A DNA stretch of 64,000 nt from assembly GCA_965153355.1 (NCBI GenBank), contig OZ231126.1, forward strand, positions 29,946,001 to 30,010,000, in the 5' to 3' direction. Source of the stretch: Flaccisagitta enflata (taxonomy: Eukaryota). Of the stretch, positions 62,100 through 64,000 are shown piece after piece (position 1 is the first letter of the stretch; every line of letters begins with the position of its first letter). The position numbers and the translations under genes were made by a program. The notes under the pieces were generated by a model. That model did no database searches, was not told the DNA's origin, and saw nothing but the letters and a program-made list of their open reading frames with translations.

Positions 62100-62227
62100 C
62101 AACAACAACCACCACCACCACCATCACTACCACCACCACCACCACCACCACCACCACCACCACCACCACCACCACCACCACCACCACCACCACCACCACC
62201 ATAACAACCACAATAACAACCACAACC

Positions 62228-62312
<85 letters not shown>

Positions 62313-62315
62313 CCA
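62100..62315. repeat. (CCA)n-(CAA)n compound microsatellite
   Basis: Direct reading. Confidence 0.95.
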
Positions 62316-64000
62316 AAGTGACAAGAAGACAAACAGAAAGACAATCCAAGGAAAAGTGGTCCTTGAGCCGGGAATAAAGAAGAAGTGTCTTCAAATTCGA
62401 TTTGTAGCGGCAAAAATGGTGAACGTTGATGACACTCAAAAGCCGTCTTAAGAGTGCTTTAAACTTCTTTACGTTTGGTAGAGACGACTTGACTAAGACC
62501 ACATGCAAGGTCTTGGGAATAACATTGCGTGCGAACTTTTAAGCGACAAAGACGACAAAAATTGCAAAAATGACAGAAAATGCAAGAAACGATGAAACAG
62601 ACACTGTGCCGCTTTTATGCTCCCGCACGTTCACGACGGTCACAATCGGATTCATGCTTTCATACTCCATTTACGATTCACGATCGCAGTTTTAGAAGTC
62701 TGTACAGTTCATATAGCTGCTCAGTATACAGTTTTGCATGGAGTGGCATTTTTTTCATGGCTTGAGGAAACGATGCAACAGATTGTGAGCGCGCAATGGT
62801 AACGCCCTTCGCGGGACCATCCTTCCGTTTCCTGTGGTCCAACCCATTAACAGGTGTTTTCACTGATTAATTGTACTACGCGAATCAATAAAAAAGCCGC
62901 ACTTTTAAATGACAATTTACCATATTGAATTTCAAAATAATCAGATAAAATTTTTGACCATTTTACAGCTCTCAAAGAGAACTTTCATTTGGCTCCAATC
63001 TGGTATTTCTAGCTTTATTCGTTTAGAAATGGCATAAAAAGAGTGAAAACATTGCCATTTTCAGTTTTGCAATCCTATTGAAAAATAAGCATTTTTACAA
63101 AAAAGTGGTTAACTTGGACAAACTCTAACTTCTAAACGGGTTGAGATATAGACCTGGGATTGGTCTAGAGTGAAAGAAAATTTGAAAATCTTCAAAATCA
63201 GTCCAACAAAAAAAGTTTAAAATAACTTTTTCTACCTCTTCCACTCACCTATAATAGGTGCGGCTTTTTTTTTCATTTGCGTAGTATACTCTCCCCCACC
63301 CCCAAACGAGTGGTTTAGCCGGTGGTGCCTTCATCCTTCCCTTGTGGATGGTTTTCCCAATTTTGGTGTCCTTTTTTACATTTAATTGGTTTGACTGATT
63401 GTCGATTCATTCCTCCCATGCAATTTTATCCTTCCCACATGAGTCATTGACATGGTTGCATTCTCATGTGGATGATTTCCCAGATTGTCATGTGTTTTCC
63501 CCAATTGCGGTGTCACCCTACTGATTCAACTTCATTCATGTGGTATTACAAATAGAAGAAGATTTATCCTCCCATAAACGTGGACTCCTAGATAGATGAT
63601 TTATCCCTGCTGGGCATGCAGTTCAATGTGACTTTTTTCTTTGTAGATTATAGATTTATCCTTTCCCTGCAAGTGATTTTACTCATTGTGGTTTCCTCTT
63701 CTTCTTCCTGACGCTGATGGTTTCATAGAATAAAAATACTTTCCAAAATGTGGTTTTACTTTTCCCGTGATATTGGTTTCCCCAATTGAGGGTTCAGTTT
63801 TTCCATATATTGAAAACGAAGAAACCATCCTCATGGTAAGGATGTTATTAAATTGGCGTGCAGTGAAATTATCTATGACGTTTAAGTGTTACCTTGATAC
63901 TAAAGGTAACACTTAAATGTCATAGATGATTTTACCCCAAGTCGATTTAATAACATCCTTCCCATGAGGATGGTTTCTTCTTTTCCCCTTTTAAAAAAGA

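Overview
Repeat-rich eukaryotic (metazoan, probably invertebrate) genomic DNA; nothing indicates a prokaryote or a CRISPR locus. Most ORFs in the supplied track are microsatellite or minisatellite artefacts. Supportable content: (1) A very young BEL/Pao LTR retrotransposon (21561-30053) with near-identical ~914-bp LTRs, a GTGAC target-site duplication (TSD) and a large glutamine-rich Gag. Its gag/pol junction is an in-frame UGA-CUG followed by a GCAA-tetraloop hairpin (candidate stop-codon readthrough). Its pol has lost RT, RNase H and the integrase catalytic core by two in-frame deletions, and its 3' region may hide a spliced accessory ORF. (2) An apparently full-length, intact non-LTR retrotransposon (Proto2/RTE-X-like, minus strand) with a ~80-Q tract in ORF1. 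(3) A complete 4-exon minus-strand host gene that the ORF track shows only as unconnected fragments: a 249-aa secreted protein with signal peptide, acidic stalk, coiled coil and divergent H-type lectin domain. (4) A CR1 3' fragment, orphan exon candidates, many Tc1/mariner- and hAT-type MITEs, Helentron/DINE-1-like modular repeats, and 36-, 56-, 70-, 71- and 78-bp tandem arrays. All calls are by eye; family assignments rest on remembered motifs and need HMM/Repbase confirmation.
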